Positions 26,404 through 35,540 of a stretch of 64,000 bases of DNA are shown one piece after another (the stretch's first letter is position 1; every line of letters starts with the position of its first letter). Position numbers and translations under genes: made by a program. Source of the DNA: Gemmatimonadota bacterium (GTDB lineage: Bacteria > Gemmatimonadota > Gemmatimonadetes > Longimicrobiales > Gaopeijiaceae); the NCBI GenBank assembly GCA_034521595.1, contig JAXHMG010000003.1, positions 2,240,001 through 2,304,000 of the forward strand. Reading direction: 5' to 3'. The notes below the pieces were generated by a model. That model saw only the letters and a program-made list of their open reading frames with translations. It had not been told where the DNA came from and did no database searches.

Positions 26404-28584
26404 TCAGGCCCAGCTCAGGTCGTGGTCCGAGAGCGGCAGCGATCGGATGCGATGTCCCGTCGCCGCATGGATCGCGTTGCAGAGTGCCGGGATCACGGGT
26501 GGCAACATGGGCTCACCGATCCCCGTGGGATCGTTGTCCGACTCGATGAAGTCGAGCTCCACCTCGGGCGCCTGCCGGATGCGCAGCAGCGGGTATTCGT
26601 CGAAGTTCTCTGGCTCGGCGTGCCCGTCCACGATCCGGACCTCCTGGCCCAGCGCGTGGCTGATCCCCTCGATAATGCCACCCTGCACGTTGTTCTCGGC
26701 GTTCAGGGGATTGATGATGTGACGTCCGACGTCGCCGACGGCCCACACCTTGTCCACGGCGAGCTCGCCCTCCCGGCTCACGGTCGCCTGCACCACCTCC
26801 GCGAAGTATCCGCGGTGGCTGTAGTGGAACGCCACCCCTAATCCGCTCCCCTCGGGAAGGTCGGTCCTTCCCCAGTCCGAGATCTCGGCAACACGCTCGA
26901 GCACGGCCCGCATGCGCTCCGGGTCGAGCGCCGCATCGGCCCCCGCGGCATCGAGGATGCCCAGACGGAACCGCACGGGATCGACGCCGGCCTCGTGCGC
27001 CAACTCGTCGATGAAGCACTGATACACGAACGCGAGGCCGTTGCTTCCCGGCGCCCGCAATGCTCCGGTCGGGACGCCCGAGGGGATCAGGCTCGCGCCC
27101 ATCTCCATGTTCGGAACGAAGCCGGCCGGGAATTCGGTATCACGCACGCTGGCACTCGACTGGAAGCTTTCGCCTTCGCCGAACGACACGAAATGATTCC
27201 GCCAGGCCACCAGGCGTCCGGTCTCGTCGACACCGCCTTCCAAGCGGTGGTACCCGGCCGGCCGATAGAGGTCGTGGCGCATGTCGTCTTCGCGCGTCCA
27301 CAAGAGCTTGACGGGCACGCCTACCTCGCGTGCGATCCAGGCCGCTTCGACCACGGCGTCGTTGTAGAGCCGGCGTCCGAACCCCCCTCCCATCCGCATG
27401 AGGTGTATCGTGATGTCTTCCTCGGCCATGCCGAGGGTCTCGGCCACCAACGACCGTCCGCGCTGCGGCGTCTGTGTGGGCCCCCAGATCTCGAGCTGGC
27501 CGTCCCGGTAGTGGGCGGTACAGTTCTGTGGCTCGAGCTGGGCATGAGACAGGAAGGGATACCGGTACTCGGCCTCCACCCGGTGTGGCGCGCTCCGGAG
27601 CCCTGACGACGGATCGCCGTCGGTACGAAGGTTCATCCCGGGCACCTCGCCGTAGAGCTCCCGAGCGCGCGCTTCGAAGCCGTCGCTGCTTTGCGCCGCG
27701 GTGGGCCCCTCGTCCCAATCCACGCCCAGAACGTTCACCCGAGCCTGGTTCACCAACCACCAGTTGTCGCCCACGACCGCGACACCGGACAGGAGCCCGC
27801 CCAGATCGTCTCCACCTTCCACGACGAACGCGTCACGGACTCCGGGTTGGCGGCGCACCTCGTCGAGGTTGGCGCTCCGCACCCTCCCGCCGAACACGGG
27901 GCATTTCTCGAAGACCGCGTGGAGCATGTCGGGCATCTCCACATCGATTCCGAACAGGGGCTCCCCGGTGACGATCGCGTCGAGGTCGACGTTGTGCACC
28001 GGCGTGCCGATGATCCGGAACTGATCCGGGGTCTTCAGCGCCACGCTCTCCGGATCGGGCGCCGTCATCCCAGAGGCGGCATCCGCGAGCTCGCCGTACG
28101 ACGCACTCCGCCCGCTCCTGGCGTGCCGCACGACACCCGCGTCCGTGCTCAGCTCCGCCATCGCCACCCCCCACTCGTCCGCCGCGGCTTGCAGCAAGAC
28201 CTGACGGGCCGCAGCCCCGGCCTGGCGCATGGGCAGCCAGTGGGTCGGCGTCGCGGTGCTTCCTCCGGCGAATTGGCGTGAGTAGAGCGAGGGGTCGAAG
28301 TCGGCCTGCTCCACGTGGACGTCTTCCCACGCCACGTCCAACTCCTCCGCGATCAGCATGGGCAGCATGGTCTTCACGCCCTGACCGACCTCCGGATTCT
28401 GGGCCATGATCGTGATCATGCCGTCGGGGTCGATGCGGACGAACCCGTTCGGCACGAAATCGGCCGCGGCCGCGGTGGCCCCACGCACGCCGAAGACGTC
28501 GAAGTAGCTCGAGATCAGCAGCCCGCCCCCGGCGACCGCGCTCAAGCGCAGGAAATGCCGACGGTTCATGGTCGTGGCACTCAT
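26404..28584 (-). CDS. Xanthine dehydrogenase family molybdopterin-binding subunit (IorB-like), Tat-exported
   Basis: NRRHFLR Tat motif; EVGQG, AEELD, GGS, MGGGFGRR, LRAPG, GIGEP. Confidence 0.92.
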   Translation of the reverse strand: MSATTMNRRHFLRLSAVAGGGLLISSYFDVFGVRGATAAAADFVPNGFVRIDPDGMITIMAQNPEVGQGVKTMLPMLIAEELDVAWEDVHVEQADFDPSLYSRQFAGGSTATPTHWLPMRQAGAAARQVLLQAAADEWGVAMAELSTDAGVVRHARSGRSASYGELADAASGMTAPDPESVALKTPDQFRIIGTPVHNVDLDAIVTGEPLFGIDVEMPDMLHAVFEKCPVFGGRVRSANLDEVRRQPGVRDAFVVEGGDDLGGLLSGVAVVGDNWWLVNQARVNVLGVDWDEGPTAAQSSDGFEARARELYGEVPGMNLRTDGDPSSGLRSAPHRVEAEYRYPFLSHAQLEPQNCTAHYRDGQLEIWGPTQTPQRGRSLVAETLGMAEEDITIHLMRMGGGFGRRLYNDAVVEAAWIAREVGVPVKLLWTREDDMRHDLYRPAGYHRLEGGVDETGRLVAWRNHFVSFGEGESFQSSASVRDTEFPAGFVPNMEMGASLIPSGVPTGALRAPGSNGLAFVYQCFIDELAHEAGVDPVRFRLGILDAAGADAALDPERMRAVLERVAEISDWGRTDLPEGSGLGVAFHYSHRGYFAEVVQATVSREGELAVDKVWAVGDVGRHIINPLNAENNVQGGIIEGISHALGQEVRIVDGHAEPENFDEYPLLRIRQAPEVELDFIESDNDPTGIGEPMLPPVIPALCNAIHAATGHRIRSLPLSDHDLSWA

Positions 28585-29075
28585 GATTCCTCCTCGCCGC
28601 CGTCGGGCGCGGCCGTGCCGGCCATCAGCCTCGCGGCCCGGTGAACTCCCTCACGGATGCGGACGTACGTGCCGCAGCGACACAGATTTCGGTCCATCGC
28701 ACCGTCGATGTCCTCGTCCGTGGGGGTCGGGTTCCGCTCGAGAAGCGCCGCCGCCGCCATGAGCTGGCCAGCCTGACAATATCCGCACTGCGGCACGTCC
28801 AGCTCCCTCCACACCCGTTGCAGGGGGTGGCTCCCGTCCGGGGAGAGCCCTTCGATCGTGACGACATCGTCACCCTCGAGCGTCTCCAGCCTGACCTGAC
28901 AGCTACGGGTCGTACGGCCGTTCACGTGCACGGTGCACGCACCGCACTCCGAGATCCCGCAGCCGAACTTCGTCCCCTTCAGGTCCAGCTCGTCGCGAAG
29001 CACCCAGAGCAAGGGCATGTCGGGCGGCGCATCCACCGACACGGGGGCGCCGTTCAGGGTGAAGTTGACGAGCAT
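28581..29075 (-). CDS. (2Fe-2S)-binding subunit (IorA-like)
   Basis: PLLWVLRD, GTKFGCGISECGACTV, QCGYCQ, NLCRCGTY; start MLVNF. Confidence 0.93.
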   Translation of the reverse strand: MLVNFTLNGAPVSVDAPPDMPLLWVLRDELDLKGTKFGCGISECGACTVHVNGRTTRSCQVRLETLEGDDVVTIEGLSPDGSHPLQRVWRELDVPQCGYCQAGQLMAAAALLERNPTPTDEDIDGAMDRNLCRCGTYVRIREGVHRAARLMAGTAAPDGGEEES

Positions 29076-29229
29076 GGGGCGAGCCTCCCTGATGTACGCA
29101 TGAGCCGACTGTCTTCCATCGTCTGATCCTACGATGGAGTCGGCCCGTCCAGCAAGCCGCATCGAATCCGCCTGTTCCCGGTCGGGCCGAAGGGTGCTGC
29201 CGCCCGGCCGACTCGGGCGGCAGACCAAG

Positions 29230-29259
29230 AAAAAAGGCCGGGAGCCGCGGCTCCCGGCC
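29230..29259 (-). terminator. Intrinsic terminator downstream of hsp20
   Basis: Minus strand GGCCGGGAG-ccgcgg-CTCCCGGCC-TTTTTT. Confidence 0.85.
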
Positions 29260-29281
29260 CGACCCGCTCACGCGTCGCCGA

Positions 29282-29746
29282 TCAGGACTTCGAGATCTCG
29301 ATCTTCCGGCCCTTGGCTTCGGCGACCTTCGGGAGGTCCACGGTCAGCACCCCGTTATCGAAGCGCGCCGTGATCTCTTCCGCCTTCACGGTCCGGGGAA
29401 GCGTGAACGAGCGCTGGAATCCGCCGTAGCTCCGCTCCCAGACGTGGTAGCGACGCTCCTCGCTCCCCTCGGTGCGCTCCTCGACCTTCTCGCCACTGAT
29501 GGTGAGGACGTTGTTCTCGAGCTCGACCGAGACGTCGTCCTCGCTCATTCCGGGGAGCTCCGCGGTGAGCACGAGGTTGTCCTTCGTCTCGCTGACGTTC
29601 ACGGCGGGCATCCAGCTCGTGCCCCCATCCCCCTCTCTACGAAGCGGGCTCTCGTCGAAGAAGCGCGCCAAGCGGCTCGACACGTCCTCGAGCTCCCGCC
29701 ACGAAGTGAGTCCGGGATTCCGATACTGATGGCGTGTGATGGCCAT
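29282..29746 (-). CDS. Hsp20/alpha-crystallin small heat-shock protein
   Basis: WMPAVNVSE, AELPG, VLTISGEK, ERSYGGFQRSFTLP, NGVLTV; AGGAGG RBS before MAITRH. Confidence 0.95.
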   Translation of the reverse strand: MAITRHQYRNPGLTSWRELEDVSSRLARFFDESPLRREGDGGTSWMPAVNVSETKDNLVLTAELPGMSEDDVSVELENNVLTISGEKVEERTEGSEERRYHVWERSYGGFQRSFTLPRTVKAEEITARFDNGVLTVDLPKVAEAKGRKIEISKS

Positions 29747-29847
29747 GTTGACCTCCTTGTGGATGTGGGTGGTGCCGTGCGTGCCCCACCGGGACGTGAT
29801 CACCCGGTCGGACGATGCGCCTTTTCGCTTCTCACCCTCTTTCCCAG

Positions 29848-29864
29848 AGCAATCGATGTGCCAA
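29848..29864 (-). promoter_or_regulatory. Sigma54 (-24/-12) promoter of hsp20
   Basis: Minus strand TTGGCAC-ATCGA-TTGCT. Confidence 0.75.
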
Positions 29865-29883
29865 TTCCAAGGCCGCCTCACGC

Positions 29884-29937
29884 TGCCAGAATGAACGACC
29901 ATGGACGGTCGCGGTGCCCGTCGCTATGCCAGAATGA
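29884..29937. repeat. Direct repeat TGCCAGAATGA x2, candidate activator sites
   Basis: Identical 11-mers at 29884-29894 and 29927-29937. Confidence 0.55.
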
Positions 29938-30022
29938 CGCTGTCGGCGTCCGCCGCATGCCACTTGCTACGGCGGGTCGGATGCGAAAGGGCGGGCAGTG
30001 GGGACGCGCTCGGGCCCGGCCG

Positions 30023-30961
30023 CTAGCAGCCCGCCCGGGCCGACTCGACACCAGCGAGGCGCGCGGCGCCGAGCGCCGGGTCGACGGGCGTGGTCGTGAG
30101 CTCGAGGCCGAGGGGCTCGAGGAGAGGAAGAAGCACGGGACGCAGCGCTCCCCCCTCCGCGATCAGCCCTCCCCACAGTGCGAGGCGCAGCGGAGGGTCG
30201 GCCGCATCGGCGCTCCCCGCGGCGGTCAAGCGCTCCACGAGCGCGAGGAGGTGCGTGCGAAGCTCGGCCGCCGCGTCGGTCACGATGGCCGAGGCCACGG
30301 GATCGCCATCCCGCGCCACCTCGATGACACGCGGAGCCAGGGCGGCGAGTTGGCCGCGCGTCGCCCGATCGGTCCAAGCGATGAGGTCCTCGGGCCCCTC
30401 GATCTCCAGATGGGCCATGATCGCCGAGCGCAGCGCGGTCGGCTGCGCTCGGCCATCCTCCGCACGCGCCACGCTCCGGAGCGCCCGGACGGCGATCCAG
30501 TGTCCGCCTCCCTCATCCCCCAACCACGCGCCCCACCCCCCGACCCGTACCCGACGACCTTCGCTGTCGCGCGCCAGTGCGATCGTGCCCGTTCCCGCGA
30601 TCAACAGGATGCCGGGCCCTTCGCCGAAGGCGCTCGCGAAGGCGGCGGCGGCATCGGTTCCGACTCGCACGTGCGTCGCCAGGTGACGAGCCACGAAACC
30701 CTGCTCGACTCGTTGCCGCACCGGCTCGCGCCCCGCACCGGCGAGCCCCACCCAAAGGGCCCGGGCCGGCAGCTCTGCCCCGGCTCGACGCACCGCCGCA
30801 CGGACGACCTCTTCCACGGCCCCGACCGTGCCCTCGACCGGCCCCTCTCCGAGCGGGACGGAGGGGCCGCTACACCGGGCGAGCTCCGTCCCGCGCGCGT
30901 CCGCCACCACTGCGGTGACACGCGAGCCTCCGGCGTCGACACCGACCCGACAGTCCGACAC
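30023..30961 (-). CDS. BadF/BadG/BcrA/BcrD family N-acetylglucosamine / N-acetylmuramate kinase
   Basis: GVDAGGS, GLAGAG, LIAGTGT, GGWGAWLGDEGGG. Confidence 0.88.
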   Translation of the reverse strand: MSDCRVGVDAGGSRVTAVVADARGTELARCSGPSVPLGEGPVEGTVGAVEEVVRAAVRRAGAELPARALWVGLAGAGREPVRQRVEQGFVARHLATHVRVGTDAAAAFASAFGEGPGILLIAGTGTIALARDSEGRRVRVGGWGAWLGDEGGGHWIAVRALRSVARAEDGRAQPTALRSAIMAHLEIEGPEDLIAWTDRATRGQLAALAPRVIEVARDGDPVASAIVTDAAAELRTHLLALVERLTAAGSADAADPPLRLALWGGLIAEGGALRPVLLPLLEPLGLELTTTPVDPALGAARLAGVESARAGC

Positions 30962-30962
30962 G

Positions 30963-32393
30963 TCACGGCCTCCGCGGGAAGATCCACCCCGCGAGCCAGC
31001 CGGTCGCGAAGGTGATCGCGCTGCCGAAGAGGACGTACCACGGCCACGCCATATGCTCTCGGAACAAGGTCACGAGGCCGATCCCGGTCGCCATTCCCAC
31101 GATCGCCGCGCCCTGTCCCGGCCGCTTCGTGAGCACTCCGAGCGCGAATACGCCGAGCAGCCCCCCGTACACGAGCGAAGCGATGCCGAGCGCGACCTCC
31201 ACCGCCGACGTCCCTTCGGAAAGCGGGATGAACAGGATCGCCCCCCCGATGAGGAGGCCCGCCCACACGAGGGTGAAGACCCGCCCCGCCCGGAAGATCC
31301 GGGCTTCGTCGTCCGAGGCGCCCACGATGGGGGCCCAGTAGTCGTACGCGGTCGAGGATGCCAACGAGTTGATGGACGAAGAAAGTGACGACATGGCGGC
31401 CGCGAAAACGCCCGCGATGAGCAGGCCCGTGAGGCCCGAGGGCAGGGCTTCCACGATGAAGCGGGCAAAGATCTCGTCGGGAATCGCGAAGTCGCGCCCG
31501 CCATAGTATCCCCAGAGCCCGAGCCCGACGAGAAGGAACAGCAGAAACTGTACGACGACCACGACACCACTCCCTACCAGCGCCCGCTGCGCGGAGCCAC
31601 GGTCCCGACACGTCAGCAGGCGCTGCACGATGAGCTGATCGGTTCCGTGCGATGCCATGGTGAGGAACGCCCCACCCAGCACGCCGGCCCAGACCGTGTA
31701 GGTCGTGCTCAGGTTCCAGGTGAAGTCGACCACGTCGAGCTTCCCGGCGGCGGACGCGGTCGTGAGCACCTCGCCCCACCCGCCCGGCACGAGGAGCTGC
31801 ACCGCGATCCCGGCCACGGCCGCACCGAAGAGGTAGAGGCTCATCTGCACGGCGTCGACCCAGACGACCGCCTTGATCCCGCCGTAGTAGGTGTAGACCA
31901 CGGTGAGCGCCCCGATGACGACGATCGACGCCGGGTACGGCCACCCGGTGATCAGCGCGAGCGGGATGGCCGTGGCGAACAACCGTACCGAATCGGCGAG
32001 TAACCGGGTGATCATGAAGATCGCCGACGTGAACCTGCGCGCGCCTACGCCGAAGCGGGTTTCGAGCAGAGCGTACGCCGTGACCAGCTCTCCACGGTAG
32101 TACGCGGGGAGAAGCACGGCCGCCACGACGACGCGGCCCGCCAGGTATCCCAGGGTGAGCTGCAGGAAGACGAGGCTCCCCGTGTAAGACACGCCCGGAA
32201 TGCTCAGAAACGTGAGCGTGCTGGTCTCCGTCGCCACCACGGACAGCATGACCGCGAACCACGGGAGAGACCGGCTGCCCAGGAAGTAGTCGCTGCCCTC
32301 CTTCTGGCCCCGCCCCAACCAAGCGCCCCACGCCGTCACGCCGAGGAGATAGGCGATCAGGACCACGAGGTCCAGACCGTTGAAGGCGCTCAT
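30963..32393 (-). CDS. Sodium:solute symporter
   Basis: DYFLGSRSLPW, SVVATETS, YGGIKAVVWVD, DQLIVQRLL, AAAMSSLSSSINSLA. Confidence 0.93.
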   Translation of the reverse strand: MSAFNGLDLVVLIAYLLGVTAWGAWLGRGQKEGSDYFLGSRSLPWFAVMLSVVATETSTLTFLSIPGVSYTGSLVFLQLTLGYLAGRVVVAAVLLPAYYRGELVTAYALLETRFGVGARRFTSAIFMITRLLADSVRLFATAIPLALITGWPYPASIVVIGALTVVYTYYGGIKAVVWVDAVQMSLYLFGAAVAGIAVQLLVPGGWGEVLTTASAAGKLDVVDFTWNLSTTYTVWAGVLGGAFLTMASHGTDQLIVQRLLTCRDRGSAQRALVGSGVVVVVQFLLFLLVGLGLWGYYGGRDFAIPDEIFARFIVEALPSGLTGLLIAGVFAAAMSSLSSSINSLASSTAYDYWAPIVGASDDEARIFRAGRVFTLVWAGLLIGGAILFIPLSEGTSAVEVALGIASLVYGGLLGVFALGVLTKRPGQGAAIVGMATGIGLVTLFREHMAWPWYVLFGSAITFATGWLAGWIFPRRP

Positions 32394-35300
32394 TCAATTA
32401 CCACGGGGCGTCACCTCGAGATCGGTGATGGCGCGCGCGACCGCGTCATGCACGGCCCGCCGCAAGGGAATGTGCTTCCGGTTCTCGCGGGTCGGGTGGA
32501 CGCGGTTGGTGAGCAGGACCACCCACACGTCGAGCTCGGGATCGATCCAGAGGGACGTCCCGGTGTAACCGGTATGCCCGAAGGCCGACTCGGTGAAGTA
32601 GTCCCCGGCCGACGAGCGCCCTTCGGGGGTGTCCCAGCCGAGCGCGCGCGACGAGGACGGGTCCTGTCGGGCCGTGAATTCGCGCAGCACCTCCGGCTCG
32701 AGCAGGCGGACCGAGTCGGGGCGGGGCACCGGACACGGCTCGCCCACGACCTCCCCCGGAGCGCAGGCCGGGACCCTGCCGCCGCTCGACATCATGCGGG
32801 CGAACACCGAGAGATCGAGCGCGGTGCTGAACAGCCCGGCGTGTCCCGCCACCCCTCCCATCGCGTCCGCATTCTCGTCGTGCACGCGCCCCCAGACGAG
32901 CTCGTTTCGCCAGGTCGTGTCGAGCTCGGTCGCCGCGATGCGGGGCAGGAGCGAGAGGTCGGGGCGGTACAACGTCTCCCGCATGCCCAGCGGCTCCCAC
33001 ACCCGGCGCTCGAGGAACGCGTCGAGCTTCTCTCCCGTGACCGCCTCGACGATCCAGGCGAGCGTCATCGGCCCCATGTCCGAGTAGACGGTCTCCTCGC
33101 CCGGCTCGGCTTCGAGCGGCTCGTCGGCCACGGCGGCCCGGTACGCGGCCTCACCCTCGAGCTCGAAGAACCAGCGGCGGAACGGCGGAAGGCCCGCCCT
33201 ATGCACGAGGAGATCGCGCACGGTCACGTCCCGCTTGCGTGGATCGCCCCGAGCCCACTCCGGGAGGTAAGAGACGACGGGGGCGTCGAGGTCGAGCCGG
33301 TCCTCCTGCACGAGCTGCATGACCGCGGTCGTCGTGCCTACGACCTTCGACACGGAGGCGAGATCGAAGAGGGACGTGGGCGTCACCGGCCGGCCGCTCC
33401 CCCAGGCGAGCTCCCCGTAGCCCCGGAGATGAACCAACCGGCCGTGGCGTCCCACCGCGAGCGCGGCGCCCGAGGCCGCGGAGTCGGCGAGCGCGGTCTC
33501 CACGATGGCGTCGAGCCGGGCGGAGAGGTCGGGCTCCATCCCGACCGCCGAGGGCGAAGCTTCGCGCTGCTCGGCGCCACCCCCCGGATCTCCCGCGTCC
33601 CCCGCGATGCCGGCCGCCACGAGCGGGTCGTCCGCCGAGCGGCTCGAAGGAGGGGCCGACGTCTTGGGGCGGTCCAGGCCGTGGCCGATGGGGTAGGCCG
33701 GCGGCAGGGGTACCGGCAGTCGTCCGGTGACGGCCTCCTCACCGAAGAGCGCTCCGAGCGCCGCCCGCTGTGACACCTCCCGATCTCCCCACGCGACCAG
33801 GTAGCTCCCGACGTGCGGAAGCGCCGACAACAGGTAGGGATTCCCGAGCGAGACGAGGATCGTGCGGCCCCTGGGGGCGTGACCGTCGACGAGCTCCCGG
33901 AACGGCTCGGGAAGCGCGCCCGGGCCAGAGCCCGCGGACGGCGGCACGTAGGCGGTGATCAAGACCGTCCCCTCGTCCGCCGCGGCTTCGACGGCCTCGG
34001 CGGCCCGCGCGTACGCCGCCGAATCGCTGCGCTCGTCCAGGACGACCTGCTCGGCTCGGGGAACGCGGCGACGCAGGCCGGGCGAGAAGGCGCCTCCGGC
34101 CCAGAGCCACGAAGACGGGGCGTACCGGACGTGGACGAACGGTGGGGGCGTCCGATCCGGCCTCGACACCGAGCGCCCACCGCCGTGCCTCACATTCGCG
34201 TCGAGGGGCACGAGGCGGAGCGGATCCCGGACCAGCGTGATCGAGCGGGCCGCCGCCGAATCGGCGAAGGCCAGGTGCGCGCCCGACCCCACCACCTCGT
34301 CGACGCGGTCCAGGGAAACCTCCGCGCCCCGATGCAGCCCGAGACGCGCCTTCATCTCGAGGATTCGACGCGCGGACGCCTCCAGGCGGCTCCGCTCCAG
34401 TCGACCCTGCCGCACCGCGTCCACCACCGCCGCCACCACCTCGGGCACGGCCCTGGGCGCCAGGATGACGTCCGCTCCGGCTTCCAGCGCCCGGATCGAC
34501 GCTTCACGGATTCCGTACATGTCGGTGATCGCGCGCATGGTCAGAGCGTCGGTGAGCACCAGTCCGTCGAATCCGAGCTCATCCCGGAGAAGTCCGGTGA
34601 GGAGCGGAGCCGAGAGAGTGGCCGGGGGCGACCCCGGTCCCAGCAGCTCGGGGAGCTGAACGTGCGCGGTCATCACCCCGTCGACCCCTTCCTCGATCGC
34701 TCGGACGAACGGGACGAGCTCGAGGGAATCGAGACGCTCGCGGTTCGCATCGACCACGGGCAGCCCCAGGTGCGAGTCGACCGACGTGTCTCCGTGCCCC
34801 GGAAAGTGCTTGGCGGTGGTGAGCGCCCCACCCTCGCGAGCACCGCGGACGAAGGCCGTGCCGAGGCGCGCGACGGCTTCCGGATCAGCGCCGAAGGAGC
34901 GCGTCGAGATCACCGGATTGTCCGGATTGGAGTTCACGTCGAGCACCGGCGCGAAGAGCATGTGCACGCCGGTGGCCCGGGCCTCGAGAGCGGTCATCCG
35001 ACCGTATTCGAACGCGAATCGCTCGTCGTCGATGGCCCCGAACGCCATCGTGGGCGGAAACGCCGTGCCCCCGCCCTGCGGCAGGAGCGAGGGAAGCGCG
35101 TACGTGCCGCTCAAGCGCATGCCCGGCCCGCCGTTCTCGAAGTCGGACGCGACGAGAAGCGGCACCTCCGCGTGCTCCTGGAGCGCGTTCAGCTTGGCCA
35201 CGTATGCGTGCGGCGTCCCGATGGACGGAGATACGCCCCCGATCCCGTGCCCCTCCACCCATGTCCGGAGGGGCTCGAACTCCGGGCTGGTGGGCGCCGT

Positions 35301-35540
35301 GTATCCGCCCGGGATCCATTCGATGACGAGCTGTCCCGCGAGCTGCTCCAGCGAGAATCCACTCAGGGTCCGTTCCACCCAGGCAGCCCCTTCCATGGAC
35401 GGCGTTACCGAGACGGTGGGCGGCCCGGCGGCCGCGGGTCCTCGCCGTTCACCGTCCGGAGCGGGCCCCCGGATTCCGCCGCAGGACGTGGCGAGAGCGA
35501 TTGCGATGAGCGTGCCGAGCCGGCGCAGCTCAGCTGTCAC
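32394..35540 (-). CDS. GH3 beta-N-acetylglucosaminidase fused to a beta-lactamase-fold serine hydrolase (AmiE-like); lipoprotein
   Basis: Lipobox ATSC; KHFPGHGDTSVDSH and TDAL; C-terminal LASVSK (SxxK), YSD, GHAGLFS, FGHTGYTGT. Confidence 0.9.
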   Translation of the reverse strand: MTAELRRLGTLIAIALATSCGGIRGPAPDGERRGPAAAGPPTVSVTPSMEGAAWVERTLSGFSLEQLAGQLVIEWIPGGYTAPTSPEFEPLRTWVEGHGIGGVSPSIGTPHAYVAKLNALQEHAEVPLLVASDFENGGPGMRLSGTYALPSLLPQGGGTAFPPTMAFGAIDDERFAFEYGRMTALEARATGVHMLFAPVLDVNSNPDNPVISTRSFGADPEAVARLGTAFVRGAREGGALTTAKHFPGHGDTSVDSHLGLPVVDANRERLDSLELVPFVRAIEEGVDGVMTAHVQLPELLGPGSPPATLSAPLLTGLLRDELGFDGLVLTDALTMRAITDMYGIREASIRALEAGADVILAPRAVPEVVAAVVDAVRQGRLERSRLEASARRILEMKARLGLHRGAEVSLDRVDEVVGSGAHLAFADSAAARSITLVRDPLRLVPLDANVRHGGGRSVSRPDRTPPPFVHVRYAPSSWLWAGGAFSPGLRRRVPRAEQVVLDERSDSAAYARAAEAVEAAADEGTVLITAYVPPSAGSGPGALPEPFRELVDGHAPRGRTILVSLGNPYLLSALPHVGSYLVAWGDREVSQRAALGALFGEEAVTGRLPVPLPPAYPIGHGLDRPKTSAPPSSRSADDPLVAAGIAGDAGDPGGGAEQREASPSAVGMEPDLSARLDAIVETALADSAASGAALAVGRHGRLVHLRGYGELAWGSGRPVTPTSLFDLASVSKVVGTTTAVMQLVQEDRLDLDAPVVSYLPEWARGDPRKRDVTVRDLLVHRAGLPPFRRWFFELEGEAAYRAAVADEPLEAEPGEETVYSDMGPMTLAWIVEAVTGEKLDAFLERRVWEPLGMRETLYRPDLSLLPRIAATELDTTWRNELVWGRVHDENADAMGGVAGHAGLFSTALDLSVFARMMSSGGRVPACAPGEVVGEPCPVPRPDSVRLLEPEVLREFTARQDPSSSRALGWDTPEGRSSAGDYFTESAFGHTGYTGTSLWIDPELDVWVVLLTNRVHPTRENRKHIPLRRAVHDAVARAITDLEVTPRGN

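Noticed and set aside
32394-33500. Beta-lactamase resistance gene
   Set aside because: The SxxK domain is fused to GH3 within a peptidoglycan-recycling context, so an AmiE-like hydrolase is more likely. The MBL-fold gene at 40796-41851 likewise shows no evidence of being a true beta-lactamase.
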